A stretch of DNA of 64,000 nucleotides from Escherichia coli (GCF_036507355.1 NZ_AP027877.1); one strand, 5' to 3'; shown: positions 27,012 through 44,661, numbered from the stretch's first letter. Translations and numbers: made by a program. Notes: generated by a model not told the origin, from the sequence alone.

Positions 27012-28058
27012 ATGACTGCACCATCCCAGGTATTAAAGATCCGCCGCCCAGACGACTGGCACCTTCACCTCCGCGATGGCGACATGTTAAAAACTGTCGT
27101 GCCGTATACCAGCGAAATTTATGGACGGGCTATCGTAATGCCCAATCTGGCTCCGCCCGTGACCACCGTTGAGGCTGCCGTGGCGTATCGCCAACGTATT
27201 CTTGACGCCGTACCTGCCGGGCACGATTTCACCCCATTGATGACCTGTTATTTAACAGATTCGCTGGATCCTAATGAGCTGGAGCGCGGATTTAACGAAG
27301 GCGTGTTCACCGCTGCAAAACTTTACCCGGCAAACGCAACCACTAACTCCAGCCACGGCGTGACGTCAATTGACGCAATCATGCCGGTACTTGAGCGCAT
27401 GGAAAAAATCGGTATGCCGCTACTGGTGCATGGTGAAGTGACACATGCAGATATCGACATTTTTGATCGTGAAGCGCGCTTTATAGAAAGCGTGATGGAA
27501 CCTCTGCGCCAGCGCCTGACTGCGCTGAAAGTCGTTTTTGAGCACATCACCACCAAAGATGCTGCCGACTATGTCCGTGACGGAAATGAACGGCTGGCTG
27601 CCACCATCACTCCGCAGCATCTGATGTTTAACCGCAACCATATGCTGGTTGGAGGCGTGCGTCCGCACCTGTATTGTCTACCCATCCTCAAACGCAATAT
27701 TCACCAACAGGCATTGCGTGAACTGGTCGCCAGCGGTTTTAATCGAGTATTCCTCGGTACGGATTCTGCGCCACATGCACGTCATCGCAAAGAGAGCAGT
27801 TGCGGCTGCGCGGGCTGCTTCAACGCCCCAACCGCGCTGGGCAGTTACGCTACCGTCTTTGAAGAGATGAATGCTCTGCAGCACTTTGAAGCATTCTGTT
27901 CTGTAAACGGCCCGCAGTTCTATGGGTTGCCGGTCAACGACACATTCATCGAACTGGTACGTGAAGAGCAACAGGTTGCTGAAAGCATCGCACTGACTGA
28001 TGACACGCTGGTGCCATTCCTCGCCGGGGAAACGGTACGCTGGTCTGTTAAACAATAA
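27012..28058 (+). CDS. pyrC: Dihydroorotase
   Basis: ORF track 348 aa, [23 protein letters not shown] metal-binding motif. Confidence 0.96.
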
Positions 28059-28092
28059 AAATCGTAGCTTCCTGTTGTCATTAGGTTATTTT

Positions 28093-28112
28093 ACCTGTGT
28101 AAATAACCAGTA
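28093..28112. promoter_or_regulatory. LexA (SOS) box upstream of dinI
   Basis: ACCTGTGTAAATAACCAGTA, CTGT-N8-CCAG pattern about 20 nt upstream of the dinI start. Confidence 0.72.
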
Positions 28113-28131
28113 TATTCAACAGGGGGCTATT

Positions 28132-28377
28132 ATGCGAATTGAAGTCACCATAGCGAAAACTTCTCCATTGCCAGCTGGGGCTATTGACGCCCTGGCTGGC
28201 GAACTTTCCCGCCGTATTCAGTATGCGTTTCCTGATAATGAAGGCCACGTATCGGTACGTTACGCCGCAGCGAATAATTTATCGGTTATTGGCGCGACAA
28301 AAGAAGATAAACAGCGCATTAGCGAAATTCTCCAGGAAACGTGGGAAAGCGCCGATGACTGGTTTGTCAGCGAATAA
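28132..28377 (+). CDS. dinI: DNA damage-inducible protein I
   Basis: Internal start MRIEVTIAKTSPLPAGAIDALAGEL within ORF track 28000..28377; 81 aa. Confidence 0.92.
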   Translation: MRIEVTIAKTSPLPAGAIDALAGELSRRIQYAFPDNEGHVSVRYAAANNLSVIGATKEDKQRISEILQETWESADDWFVSE

Positions 28378-28398
28378 TATGCAGTGATTTTTGTTTTT

Positions 28399-28424
28399 GC
28401 CGGGTCGCCCCGGCTTTTTTATTT
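28399..28424 (+). terminator. Intrinsic terminator after dinI
   Basis: gccgggtcgccccggc hairpin plus a T-run. Confidence 0.6.
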
Positions 28425-28666
28425 TACTTACGAATTTTGAGTACAAAATTTCTACACTACCTCAAAATAATTGCACAATTTGCTAAAAAAATATGAATGA
28501 CATGCTGTTTTATTGTTCATATAAATCTTAAAAGCAGAAATTTATCTGTTCCCCCCTTTAAAAATTCGGTGAATACCCTTACTTATTGGTATACTGAAGT
28601 TGCTTCAGATAAAAACGCATTGAACCTCGAATAACGTTGTCTAGTAACACGAATTAGGGGGCCATG

Positions 28667-28921
28667 ATGGAAAAAAATAATGAAGTCATTCAGACTCATC
28701 CGCTCGTAGGGTGGGACATCAGCACCGTTGATAGCTATGATGCGCTGATGTTGCGTTTGCACTACCAGACCCCAAATAAGTCCGAGCAGGAAGGGACTGA
28801 AGTTGGTCAGACGCTCTGGTTAACCACTGATGTTGCCAGACAATTTATTTCGATATTAGAAGCAGGAATCGCCAAAATTGAATCCGGTGATTTCCAGGTA
28901 AACGAGTATCGGCGTCATTAA
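28667..28921 (+). CDS. bssS: Biofilm regulator BssS
   Basis: ORF track 28664..28921, MEKNNEVIQTHPLVGWDISTVDSYDALMLRLHYQ. Confidence 0.9.
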   Translation: MEKNNEVIQTHPLVGWDISTVDSYDALMLRLHYQTPNKSEQEGTEVGQTLWLTTDVARQFISILEAGIAKIESGDFQVNEYRRH

Positions 28922-29035
28922 CATGACATGACCATCCACCCAAAAGGCACCTCACCGGTGCCTTTACCATTTCTGGGTTGTATATCTGCATTCAGTTAAT
29001 TACTCTGCTTAAACCATGAGAGCAGAGAGAAAAAA

Positions 29036-30154
29036 ATGAAATACGATCTCATCATTATTGGCAGCGGTTCCGTAGGCGCTGCCGCCGGGTATTATGCAAC
29101 CCGCGCCGGTTTAAACGTGCTAATGACCGACGCCCATATGCCACCGCATCAACACGGCAGCCACCACGGCGATACGCGATTAATTCGCCATGCTTATGGT
29201 GAAGGCGAAAAGTATGTCCCACTGATCCTCCGCGCGCAAACGCTGTGGGATGAGCTCTCCCGCCACAACGAAGATGATCCCATTTTTGTACGCTCTGGTG
29301 TCATTAACCTCGGCCCGGCTGACTCCGCATTTCTCGCCAACGTCGCCCACAGCGCCGAACAGTGGCAACTCAACGTTGAAAAGCTCGATGCGCAAGGGAT
29401 TATGGCCCGCTGGCCAGAAATACGCGTCCCGGACAACTACATCGGCTTATTTGAGACTGATTCCGGTTTTTTGCGCAGCGAACTGGCGATTAAAACCTGG
29501 ATCCAACTGGCGAAGGAAGCGGGCTGTGCGCAACTGTTCAACTGCCCGGTCACCGCAATTCGTCATGAGGATGATGGCGTAACTATTGAAACGGCTGATG
29601 GTGAGTATCAAGCGAAAAAAGCGATTGTCTGCGCGGGAACATGGGTAAAAGACCTGCTCCCGGAGCTGCCTGTCCAGCCCGTACGTAAAGTATTTGCCTG
29701 GTATCAGGCCGATGGCCGCTATAGCGTGAAGAATAAATTCCCGGCGTTTACCGGTGAACTGCCCAATGGCGATCAATATTATGGTTTTCCGGCAGAAAAC
29801 GACGCGTTGAAGATTGGCAAACATAACGGAGGCCAGGTTATCCATTCAGCGGATGAACGTGTTCCGTTTGCGGAAGTGGCCAGTGATGGGTCAGAAGCCT
29901 TCCCGTTCTTGCGCAATGTATTGCCGGGTATCGGTTGCTGCCTGTACGGCGCTGCCTGCACCTATGATAATTCGCCTGACGAAGATTTTATTATCGATAC
30001 CCTACCCGGCCACGATAATACACTGCTCATTACCGGCCTGAGTGGGCACGGTTTTAAATTTGCGTCAGTTTTAGGGGAAATAGCTGCCGATTTTGCGCAA
30101 GACAAAAAAAGCGATTTTGATTTGACGCCATTCAGGCTTTCCCGCTTCCAATAA
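29036..30154 (+). CDS. solA: N-methyl-L-tryptophan oxidase
   Basis: ORF track 372 aa, GSGSVG FAD-binding motif. Confidence 0.94.
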
Positions 30155-30174
30155 TCATCATTACGGCCTCCAGA

Positions 30175-30315
30175 ATGAGGCCGTTTTTACAGGAGTATTT
30201 AATGCGTCGGCTGTTGCACTATCTCATCAATAATATTCGCGAGCATCTGATGCTTTATCTTTTTCTCTGGGGATTGTTGGCAATTATGGATCTGATCTAT
30301 GTGTTTTATTTTTAG
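30175..30315 (+). CDS. yceO: Small membrane protein, 46 aa
   Basis: Not in the ORF track; hand translation [46 protein letters not shown]. Confidence 0.7.
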
Positions 30316-30575
30316 TTTTCCGCACTGACATAAACTGACAAATATTTAATCTCCCTTTCATTTAGCGTGAAAAATTGAATGAGATTATTCCTGTTTCTAC
30401 AGCACTCACCAGACATCTCTGATGCTGAACCCACTAAACTTATGAAGATTCTTTCATTATTAATTCAAAATTATTGAAATAAAAATAAATATCATTCAAT
30501 TTGTTATTTTTGTGTTGCAATTCATTCTCCGACACGCCATTTTCTTTCTCTCGCAAATTCGTTTTGGATGCACTT

Positions 30576-31142
30576 ATGTCATTCACAAATACCCCTGAAC
30601 GCTATGGTGTTATATCTGCGGCCTTCCATTGGCTAAGCGCAATTATTGTCTACGGCATGTTTGCTTTAGGTCTGTGGATGGTCACGCTCAGTTATTACGA
30701 TGGCTGGTATCACAAAGCACCCGAACTGCATAAAAGCATCGGTATTTTGTTAATGATGGGGCTGGTTATTCGCGTTCTGTGGCGTGTCATATCTCCACCG
30801 CCGGGTCCGCTGCCGAGTTATTCGCCCATGACTCGTCTTGCCGCAAAAGCTGGACATCTCGCATTGTACCTATTGCTGTTCGCCATCGGCATCAGCGGTT
30901 ATCTCATATCAACTGCCGATGGTAAACCGATCAGCGTTTTTGGCTGGTTTGACGTCCCCGCGACCCTCGCCGACGCTGGCGCACAGGCTGACTTTGCCGG
31001 TGCCCTGCATTTTTGGCTCGCGTGGAGCGTCGTAGTACTGTCCGTTATGCACGGATTTATGGCCCTGAAACATCATTTCATCGATAAAGACGACACTCTG
31101 AAGCGCATGCTGGGAAAGTCGTCATCTGACTATGGAGTATAA
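30576..31142 (+). CDS. yceJ: Cytochrome b561-family protein
   Basis: Internal start MSFTNTPERYGVISAAFHWLSA within ORF track 30501..31142; 188 aa. Confidence 0.88.
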   Translation: MSFTNTPERYGVISAAFHWLSAIIVYGMFALGLWMVTLSYYDGWYHKAPELHKSIGILLMMGLVIRVLWRVISPPPGPLPSYSPMTRLAAKAGHLALYLLLFAIGISGYLISTADGKPISVFGWFDVPATLADAGAQADFAGALHFWLAWSVVVLSVMHGFMALKHHFIDKDDTLKRMLGKSSSDYGV

Positions 31143-31145
31143 AAA

Positions 31146-31721
31146 ATGAAAAAAAGCCTGCTTGGTTTAACCTTCGCGTCCCTGATGTTCTCTGCCGGTT
31201 CAGCGGTTGCCGCCGATTACAAAATTGACAAAGAAGGTCAGCACGCCTTTGTTAACTTCCGCATCCAGCATCTTGGCTATAGCTGGTTATATGGCACCTT
31301 TAAAGATTTCGACGGTACTTTTACCTTTGATGAAAAAAATCCAGCTGCCGATAAAGTGAATGTGACAATTAACACCACCAGCGTCGATACTAACCACGCC
31401 GAACGCGATAAACATCTTCGCAGTGCGGATTTTCTCAATACCGCAAAATATCCACAGGCAACATTCACCTCCACCAGCGTGAAGAAAGACGGTGACGAAC
31501 TGGATATTACCGGCGATCTGACGCTGAATGGCGTAACCAAACCCGTCACGCTGGAAGCGAAATTAATTGGTCAGGGCGACGACCCATGGGGTGGTAAACG
31601 TGCAGGCTTCGAGGCCGAAGGCAAAATTAAGCTCAAGGACTTCAATATCAAGACAGATTTAGGTCCAGCTTCTCAGGAAGTGGATCTGATTATTTCAGTG
31701 GAAGGCGTACAGCAGAAGTAA
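31146..31721 (+). CDS. yceI: Periplasmic YceI-family protein
   Basis: ORF track 191 aa with signal peptide. Confidence 0.92.
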
Positions 31722-31732
31722 GAGTGAAATGT

Positions 31733-31757
31733 TGCCGGATGGCACGCATCCGGCAAT
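31733..31757. terminator. Hairpin between convergent yceI and trhO
   Basis: tgccggatggcacgcatccggca palindrome. Confidence 0.5.
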
Positions 31758-31762
31758 GATAT

Positions 31763-32815
31763 TTATTCTGTTGGATCAGGAATGCCCAGTGTTGTATTCA
31801 GACGTCCACGAGACTTATTAAAGATCTTATTGCCATTTTCACGTCCTGCCCGACGGCGTCGCTGTTCTTCTGGCGGTAACGCGCTTTCTTCGCAGCAAAT
31901 CTCACTACAACAACCTTTGTATTTTTCCGCACATACTGGACACTGAATAAACAGCAGGTGGCAGCCATCATTTTTACAGTTGGTATGGCTGTCGCACGGC
32001 GCACCGCACTGGTGGCAATGCGCAATAATCTCATCAGATATACGTTCGCCCATCCGCTCGTCAAAAACAAAATTTTTGCCAATAAAACGCACCGGCAAGC
32101 CCTGCTCGCGCGCCCTACGGGCGTATTCAATAATTCCGCCCTCGATATGCCAGACTTTATTGAATCCGTTATGTTTCATCCAGGCACTGGCCTTTTCACA
32201 ACGAATGCCGCCGGTGCAGTACATGACGATTTTTTTATCTTTATGTGCCTGCATCATCTCGACTGCTTTTGGCAGCTGCTCACGGAAGGTATCTGCCGGA
32301 ATTTCCAGCGCGTTTTCAAAGTGCCCCACTTCATACTCATAGTGGTTACGCATGTCGATAAACAGTGCATCGGGATCGTCAAGCATGGCGTTCACTTCCG
32401 CCGCTTGCAGATACTCACCAACATTGCTGGCATCAAAGTGAGCATCGTCAATACCGTCGGCAACGATACGATCGCGGACCTTCATGCGCAGTACCCAGAA
32501 GGATTTCCCGTCATTATCCAACGCGATATTCAGGCGTAAGCCATCTAAAGCCGGGTCGAAGGCATAGAGCTGCGCGCGAAATGTTTCAACATTGCTCGCA
32601 GGTACGCTGATTTGCGCGTTAATGCCCTCATGCGCCAGATACACTCGCCCAAAAACATTCAGCGCGGTAAACAGCTGATATAAAGCGTCACGGGTCGCCT
32701 TAGGATCGGCGATGTGGAAATACTTGTAAAACGAAATGGTGGTTCGCGGTTCGCTCTCAGCCAACATTTTGGCTTTTAACGCGTCGTTGGAAATGCGGTT
32801 GTGTAACACTGGCAT
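31763..32815 (-). CDS. trhO: Rhodanese-domain tRNA uridine(34) hydroxylase
   Basis: ORF track 31763..32869; start at [16 protein letters not shown]; rhodanese region and C-terminal Cys cluster. Confidence 0.88.
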   Translation of the reverse strand: MPVLHNRISNDALKAKMLAESEPRTTISFYKYFHIADPKATRDALYQLFTALNVFGRVYLAHEGINAQISVPASNVETFRAQLYAFDPALDGLRLNIALDNDGKSFWVLRMKVRDRIVADGIDDAHFDASNVGEYLQAAEVNAMLDDPDALFIDMRNHYEYEVGHFENALEIPADTFREQLPKAVEMMQAHKDKKIVMYCTGGIRCEKASAWMKHNGFNKVWHIEGGIIEYARRAREQGLPVRFIGKNFVFDERMGERISDEIIAHCHQCGAPCDSHTNCKNDGCHLLFIQCPVCAEKYKGCCSEICCEESALPPEEQRRRRAGRENGNKIFNKSRGRLNTTLGIPDPTE

Positions 32816-33039
32816 GGTGTACGGTTCCTGCGAGATGGGAAAGTAAAAATCCGCGGCATGATATAGCAATTATCGATAATTAACATCCACACATTTTACG
32901 CTACATTTGCGCATTAAAAATTATTTGTTATTTACAAGCGCGGCAATTTCGCCCAGTCTTCAGTCACAAATTTTGGTTGCGGACGAAAAAATGCGACAAT
33001 ACATACAATTGCCCGTATAGGTTGAAAAACAGGATTGAT

Positions 33040-33960
33040 ATGACGAATCTACCCAAGTTCTCCACCGCACTGCTTCATCCGCGTTATTGGTTAACCTGGT
33101 TGGGTATTGGCGTACTTTGGTTGGTCGTGCAATTGCCCTACCCGGTTATCTACCGCCTCGGTTGTGGATTAGGAAAACTGGCGTTACGTTTTATGAAACG
33201 ACGCGCAAAAATTGTGCATCGCAACCTGGAACTGTGCTTCCCGGAAATGAGCGAACAAGAACGCCGTAAAATGGTGGTGAAGAATTTCGAATCCGTTGGC
33301 ATGGGCCTGATGGAAACCGGCATGGCGTGGTTCTGGCCGGACCGCCGAATCGCCCGCTGGACGGAAGTGATCGGCATGGAACACATTCGTGACGTGCAGG
33401 CGCAAAAACGCGGCATCCTGTTAGTTGGCATCCATTTTCTGACACTGGAGCTGGGCGCGCGGCAGTTTGGTATGCAGGAACCGGGGATTGGCGTTTACCG
33501 CCCGAACGATAATCCACTGATTGACTGGCTACAAACCTGGGGCCGTTTGCGCTCAAATAAATCGATGCTCGACCGCAAAGATTTAAAAGGCATGATTAAA
33601 GCCCTGAAAAAAGGCGAAGTGGTCTGGTACGCACCGGATCATGATTACGGCCCGCGCTCAAGCGTTTTCGTCCCGTTATTTGCCGTTGAGCAGGCTGCGA
33701 CCACGACCGGAACCTGGATGCTGGCACGGATGTCCGGCGCATGTCTGGTGCCCTTCGTTCCACGCCGTAAGCCAGATGGCAAAGGGTATCAATTGATTAT
33801 GCTGCCGCCAGAGTGTTCTCCGCCACTGGATGATGCCGAAACTACCGCCGCGTGGATGAACAAAGTGGTCGAAAAATGCATCATGATGGCACCAGAGCAG
33901 TATATGTGGTTACACCGTCGCTTTAAAACACGCCCGGAAGGCGTTCCTTCACGCTATTAA
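33040..33960 (+). CDS. lpxL: Lipid A lauroyltransferase
   Basis: Internal start [17 protein letters not shown] within ORF track 32977..33960; 306 aa. Confidence 0.92.
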
Positions 33961-34131
33961 ATCTCCCATGCCGGATGCTTCAGAATGGCATCCGGCATTA
34001 CCACAGCAAATCCCCCTGATTTAGCGATAAAAGCTCTCTGGATTGCGCCCCCTGGAAGTCGGGCGCATAATTAGTGTGCTTATCTTTTCTTCTTATGTTC
34101 ACCGCGCCTGGCGCACCAACAGCGGATTGCT

Positions 34132-35358
34132 ATGTCACCCTGTGAAAATGACACCCCTATAAACTGGAAACGAAACCTGATCGTCGCCTGGCTAGGCTGT
34201 TTTCTTACCGGTGCCGCCTTCAGTCTGGTAATGCCCTTCTTACCCCTCTACGTTGAGCAGCTTGGCGTTACCGGTCACTCCGCCCTGAATATGTGGTCCG
34301 GTATTGTCTTCAGCATTACATTTTTATTTTCGGCCATCGCCTCACCGTTTTGGGGTGGACTCGCCGACCGTAAAGGCCGAAAACTCATGCTATTACGCTC
34401 TGCTCTCGGCATGGGCATCGTGATGGTGTTGATGGGACTGGCACAAAATATCTGGCAGTTTTTGATCCTGCGGGCGCTTCTTGGTTTACTTGGCGGATTT
34501 GTCCCCAATGCTAATGCTCTTATCGCCACACAAGTACCGCGTAATAAAAGCGGCTGGGCGCTGGGTACGCTCTCCACAGGCGGCGTTAGCGGCGCGTTGC
34601 TCGGCCCAATGGCTGGCGGTTTGCTTGCCGATAGCTACGGCTTACGTCCGGTATTCTTTATTACCGCCAGTGTGCTCTTACTCTGCTTTTTCGTCACCCT
34701 GTTCTGCATCAGAGAAAAATTCCAGCCGGTCAGCAAAAAAGAGATGCTGCACATGCGGGAAGTGGTGACATCACTTAAAAACCCGAAACTGGTACTCAGC
34801 CTGTTTGTCACTACGTTAATCATCCAGGTGGCGACGGGCTCAATTGCCCCCATTTTGACGCTGTATGTCCGCGAACTGGCGGGTAACGTCAGTAACGTCG
34901 CCTTTATCAGTGGCATGATCGCCTCGGTGCCAGGCGTGGCGGCTCTGCTAAGTGCACCACGACTCGGCAAACTTGGCGATCGAATCGGACCCGAAAAGAT
35001 CCTGATTACGGCGCTGATCTTTTCTGTACTGCTGTTGATCCCAATGTCTTACGTTCAGACGCCATTGCAACTTGGGATTTTACGTTTTTTGCTCGGTGCC
35101 GCCGATGGTGCACTACTCCCCGCCGTACAGACACTGTTAGTTTATAACTCGAGCAACCAGATCGCCGGGCGTATCTTCAGCTATAACCAATCGTTTCGTG
35201 ATATTGGCAACGTTACCGGACCATTGATGGGAGCAGCGATTTCAGCGAACTACGGTTTCAGAGCGGTATTTCTCGTCACCGCTGGCGTAGTGTTATTCAA
35301 CGCAGTCTATTCATGGAACAGTCTACGTCGTCGTCGAATACCCCAGGTATCGAACTGA
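34132..35358 (+). CDS. mdtG: MFS multidrug transporter
   Basis: ORF track 408 aa. Confidence 0.92.
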   Translation: MSPCENDTPINWKRNLIVAWLGCFLTGAAFSLVMPFLPLYVEQLGVTGHSALNMWSGIVFSITFLFSAIASPFWGGLADRKGRKLMLLRSALGMGIVMVLMGLAQNIWQFLILRALLGLLGGFVPNANALIATQVPRNKSGWALGTLSTGGVSGALLGPMAGGLLADSYGLRPVFFITASVLLLCFFVTLFCIREKFQPVSKKEMLHMREVVTSLKNPKLVLSLFVTTLIIQVATGSIAPILTLYVRELAGNVSNVAFISGMIASVPGVAALLSAPRLGKLGDRIGPEKILITALIFSVLLLIPMSYVQTPLQLGILRFLLGAADGALLPAVQTLLVYNSSNQIAGRIFSYNQSFRDIGNVTGPLMGAAISANYGFRAVFLVTAGVVLFNAVYSWNSLRRRRIPQVSN

Positions 35359-35440
35359 TTTTTCGCCTTTCATACTTGCAAAAGCGGAGAATCAGCTATC
35401 CTTTTCCCTGAAACCTCATCAACTCAAAGGGAGAATCGTG

Positions 35441-35815
35441 ATGACCATGTACGCAACGCTTGAAGAAGCCATTGACGCTGCACGCGAAGAATTTCTTGCA
35501 GACAACCCCGGCATCGACGCCGAAGATGCGAATGTGCAACAGTTCAATGCCCAAAAATACGTTTTGCAGGACGGCGACATCATGTGGCAAGTTGAGTTTT
35601 TTGCCGACGAAGGGGAAGAAGGTGAATGTTTACCTATGCTTAGCGGTGAAGCCGCGCAAAGTGTTTTTGACGGCGACTATGATGAGATAGAGATCCGCCA
35701 GGAGTGGCAAGAAGAGAATACATTACATGAATGGGACGAGGGGGAGTTTCAGCTTGAGCCACCGCTGGATACCGAGGAAGGACGCGCAGCAGCTGATGAG
35801 TGGGATGAACGTTAA
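35441..35815 (+). CDS. msyB: Acidic protein MsyB
   Basis: ORF track 35438..35815, very acidic 124-aa protein. Confidence 0.9.
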   Translation: MTMYATLEEAIDAAREEFLADNPGIDAEDANVQQFNAQKYVLQDGDIMWQVEFFADEGEEGECLPMLSGEAAQSVFDGDYDEIEIRQEWQEENTLHEWDEGEFQLEPPLDTEEGRAAADEWDER

Positions 35816-36043
35816 TCACTCATACGGGCCATGATGAATGTCGATCGGCAGCAGTAAAGTATCAAAAACCAGGGAGAATGGCAGATCAAGGATTGTGACA
35901 TAACGCCAGGCGGAGTCACGCACATCCCATTGCACACCGGGATAATATTGGTTGCCATGCCCCTGCCCCGGTATAGTGCGGCTAATGATGCTGCCACAGC
36001 CACTCAGCAAGGTCACCATGATGCTCACCACAATTAAACGCAT
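35816..36043 (-). CDS. yceK: Lipoprotein YceK
   Basis: ORF track 75 aa, MRLIVVSIMVTLLSGC lipobox; stop abuts the msyB stop. Confidence 0.88.
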   Translation of the reverse strand: MRLIVVSIMVTLLSGCGSIISRTIPGQGHGNQYYPGVQWDVRDSAWRYVTILDLPFSLVFDTLLLPIDIHHGPYE

Positions 36044-36106
36044 TTGATACCTCTTCCGTAAAAAAATACCGGCATAACGCCGGTATTTTTATTGGCTCGT
36101 TGTTTT

Positions 36107-36215
36107 TGCCAGATGCGACGTGAACACCTTACCTAACCTACAAAATCTCGCAAAATCAATAAATTGCAGGAACGATGTAGGCCTGATAAGCGTAGCGCAT
36201 CAGGCAACTACGTTT

Positions 36216-36236
<21 letters not shown>
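36107..36236. repeat. REP/RIP-like cluster at the opgH 3' end
   Basis: Two REP-like palindromes (tgccagatgcgacgtgaac..., gtaggcctgataagcgtagcgcatcaggca) flanking an IHF-like aaatcaataaattg core. Confidence 0.55.
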
Positions 36237-40398
<4,162 letters not shown>

Positions 40399-40680
40399 TC
40401 AGCACGCTGGCTCATGGATTAAGCACCTGATTGCAACCGTTTTCACTTTCCGTGCTTCTCCTAAAGACAGAAGCATCGACTTCGTGTAGGGTTTGCCAGC
40501 AAATTTATTTATCAACCGTCTTACAGACGCTTCCATTCTGGTTAGTGGTAGCGATGATGCTATGCATAAAAACCTTGAAGCCTGCGCCTGGCGCGGTCAG
40601 GTAGGTGTCGCTATGGCAACAAGCCTAAAGGCATAACCCGACAGGGATAAGACGAAAAATCCGAGATTAGTTAACCATAT

Positions 40681-41838
40681 ATGAATCCAGTACCCGCGCA
40701 ACGTGAATATTTCCTCGACTCCATCCGCGCCTGGCTGATGTTGTTAGGGATCCCTTTTCATATTTCTTTAATCTATTCGAGCCATACATGGCATGTGAAT
40801 AGCGCCGAACCGTCATTGTGGCTGACCCTTTTTAATGACTTCATCCACTCGTTCCGCATGCAGGTATTTTTCGTTATATCCGGGTACTTTTCCTACATGC
40901 TTTTTTTACGCTATCCCTTGAAAAAATGGTGGAAAGTACGTGTCGAACGTGTAGGGATCCCGATGTTAACAGCCATCCCCTTACTGACATTGCCGCAATT
41001 TATTATGCTGCAATACGTCAAAGGGAAAGCGGAAAGTTGGCCTGGGCTGTCATTGTATGACAAATATAATACGTTAGCCTGGGAATTAATATCACACCTG
41101 TGGTTTTTACTGGTGTTAGTGGTCATAACGACGCTGTGCGTATGGATATTTAAACGCATCAGAAATAATTTAGAAAATTCTGATAAAACGAATAAAAAAT
41201 TCTCGATGGTAAAACTATCGGTGATTTTTTTGTGCCTCGGCATCGGTTATGCGGTAATAAGAAGAACGATTTTTATTGTGTATCCGCCCATTCTGAGTAA
41301 TGGCATGTTCAATTTTATTGTCATGCAAACGCTATTTTATTTACCGTTCTTTATCCTCGGCGCACTGGCTTTCATTTTCCCTCATCTTAAAGCCTTGTTT
41401 ACCACGCCGTCTCGTGGCTGTACCCTCGCAGCAGCATTGGCATTTGTCGCTTACTTACTCAACCAGCGCTATGGCAGTGGCGATGCCTGGATGTACGAAA
41501 CCGAGTCTGTGATCACCATGGTCCTCGGTCTGTGGATGGTGAATGTGGTCTTCTCCTTCGGCCACCGTTTGCTTAACTTCCAGTCAGCGCGGGTGACTTA
41601 CTTTGTTAACGCATCGCTATTTATCTATCTGGTTCACCACCCGTTAACGCTGTTTTTCGGCGCATACATTACACCGCACATCACCTCCAACTGGCTTGGT
41701 TTTCTCTGTGGCCTGATATTCGTAGTAGGGATTGCGATAATTCTGTATGAAATTCATTTACGCATCCCGTTACTGAAGTTTTTGTTTTCTGGTAAACCGG
41801 TTGTTAAGCGTGAGAACGATAAAGCACCAGCCCGTTAA
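40681..41838 (+). CDS. opgC: OPG succinyltransferase
   Basis: ORF track 385 aa, polytopic membrane acyltransferase. Confidence 0.92.
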   Translation: MNPVPAQREYFLDSIRAWLMLLGIPFHISLIYSSHTWHVNSAEPSLWLTLFNDFIHSFRMQVFFVISGYFSYMLFLRYPLKKWWKVRVERVGIPMLTAIPLLTLPQFIMLQYVKGKAESWPGLSLYDKYNTLAWELISHLWFLLVLVVITTLCVWIFKRIRNNLENSDKTNKKFSMVKLSVIFLCLGIGYAVIRRTIFIVYPPILSNGMFNFIVMQTLFYLPFFILGALAFIFPHLKALFTTPSRGCTLAAALAFVAYLLNQRYGSGDAWMYETESVITMVLGLWMVNVVFSFGHRLLNFQSARVTYFVNASLFIYLVHHPLTLFFGAYITPHITSNWLGFLCGLIFVVGIAIILYEIHLRIPLLKFLFSGKPVVKRENDKAPAR

Positions 41839-41845
41839 GCCACAT

Positions 41846-43276
41846 TTACAATAACCATTCCACGGGCAATATCGACGCCAGTCTGACCATAACCCGCTTC
41901 CAGAAACTGGTGGCGGGTTCTTTTTTGAGAATAATCTCTTTCTTTGCATGACGATCAACCCAGTTGATCCGTCCCCACCGGTCCAGACGGAGCTGCCAGG
42001 CCGCATCATACTGGCTCTGAATAAAGCGTTTATCAATTAACTGTGCCAGCGTTTCGCTCTCTATCACAAAGCCCATTTCAGTATTGAGCAATGTTGAACG
42101 CGGATCGAAATTGAAAGAGCCGATAAACACCGTTTTACCATCGATGCTAAAGGTTTTAGCATGCAGGCTGGTACCGGAATTACCGGTTATGCCGCGATCG
42201 TGTAACGTACTACTTTGTTCACGCGTCGGCTTGAGTTCATATAATTCCACGCCATAGCGGAGCAATTTTTTGCGCCAGCGCGCGTATCCGGCATGGACGA
42301 CAGCAACATCGTTAGCGGCAAGAGAATTGGTTAGGATCGCAATCTTTACCCCTTTTCTCACCATCCGTAAGAGTTGCGCCACACCTGCGCGTGTCGGTAC
42401 AAAATAGGAAGAGATAATATCGATGCGTTCACTGGGTGAGCCCATGATATCGAACAGGCGCTGCGGTAACAGTGAATGCCGTTTTGCCTTGCCCTCCCCT
42501 TTCGCCGGATCATCACTTAATAAACGTGTTTTCGCCCAGATAAGCGGCAACGTTCCATCAACCAGATGATTTATAAACGGACTGGATTCCATTTTGCGTA
42601 AGTAACAATGCGTCATGGCATCGTTATGCCAGGAGGCGGGTAACTCGATGCGATCCGCCATTTCACCTTCCGGGACATCCAGCACCTGCTGTAAGGGTGA
42701 AACCGATTTGCAATACCAGTAGCGGGCGAAATCATCGGCAACGTCCTCTACTACGGGTCCTATTGCCATGACATCTAAATCCGAAAAAAGTGGCTCTTCC
42801 CCTGCCCCAAAATAGGCATCACCAATATTTCGCCCCCCTACCAGCGTCACCACGCCATCGACAGTGAAACTTTTATTGTGCATACGGCGATTGAGACGGG
42901 AAAAGTCGGTGATATAACCAAGCGGACGCAGCAAGCGAAACGAGAAAGGATTAAAAAGCCGGACTTCAATGCGGGGATGGCTGTCAAGCAAGCGTAAAAT
43001 GTCGTCAAGTCCGGGCGTATTGTTGTCGTCCAGCAACAAACGGACGCGAACGCCACGCTTTGCTGCGGCTAACAGGGCGGAAAACAGTAACCGACCCGAC
43101 ATATCGTCCTGCCAGATGTAATACTGAACATCCAGCGTATGCTCTGCCATTTCGGCCAGACGATACCGGGCGGCAAACGCATCCAGACTTTTCTCCAGAG
43201 GGAAAAGACCACACTGACCGGGATGTTGCGAACACAGTGGCAGCACCGCGCTCGCCAGCCGGGGCAAATCATTCAT
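41846..43276 (-). CDS. clsC: Cardiolipin synthase C, two PLD/HKD motifs
   Basis: ORF track 41846..43336; start tentatively at [11 protein letters not shown], overlapping ymdB by 8 nt. Confidence 0.85.
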   Translation of the reverse strand: MNDLPRLASAVLPLCSQHPGQCGLFPLEKSLDAFAARYRLAEMAEHTLDVQYYIWQDDMSGRLLFSALLAAAKRGVRVRLLLDDNNTPGLDDILRLLDSHPRIEVRLFNPFSFRLLRPLGYITDFSRLNRRMHNKSFTVDGVVTLVGGRNIGDAYFGAGEEPLFSDLDVMAIGPVVEDVADDFARYWYCKSVSPLQQVLDVPEGEMADRIELPASWHNDAMTHCYLRKMESSPFINHLVDGTLPLIWAKTRLLSDDPAKGEGKAKRHSLLPQRLFDIMGSPSERIDIISSYFVPTRAGVAQLLRMVRKGVKIAILTNSLAANDVAVVHAGYARWRKKLLRYGVELYELKPTREQSSTLHDRGITGNSGTSLHAKTFSIDGKTVFIGSFNFDPRSTLLNTEMGFVIESETLAQLIDKRFIQSQYDAAWQLRLDRWGRINWVDRHAKKEIILKKEPATSFWKRVMVRLASILPVEWLL

Positions 43277-43802
43277 CTCCTTGTTGGGTAAGGAGTCTTT
43301 CGTAGAGGTGGGCGTTTTCTTCATCATAACAGACAAAGTATACCTGTTCGGGTAAAGCGTGACGGGTAATAAATTCTGAAACGGTTTTTACTGCGATTTC
43401 AGCCGCTGCCGCACGAGGGTAACCATAAACCCCAGTACTGATTGCAGGAAAAGCCACTGACGTATAGCTGTTTGCCGCCACCAGTCGTAGGCTATTGAGA
43501 TAGGCATCCTGCAAAAGCTGGTCTTCGTTTTGTTCACCACCACGCCAGACTGGCCCGACGGTGTGCACTACGGCTTTAGCAGGAAGATCGCCTGCAAGCG
43601 TAATAACGGCATGCCCCGTAGGGCAATCGCCCTGCTGTTGCCTGACTTTTAAACAAGCATCCAGCAGGGCCGGACCCGCTGCGCGATGAATGGCCCCATC
43701 GACGCCGCCGCCTCCCATTAATGACGGATTAGCCGCATTCACAATCACATCAACGGCCAGTTTGGTAATATCACCCTGCACAACATGAATACGCGTTTTC
43801 AT
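43269..43802 (-). CDS. ymdB: Macrodomain protein (O-acetyl-ADP-ribose deacetylase)
   Basis: ORF track 177 aa, [43 protein letters not shown]. Confidence 0.93.
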
Positions 43803-43896
43803 AACGCCTCCTTACACCTTCTTGTTTCTTAAGTGTACAGCAGGCTTTTTGGTTAAATCGCATTTTTCTGCTCAGCAACGTGAGTTGTTCAGAAAC

Positions 43897-44661
<765 letters not shown>

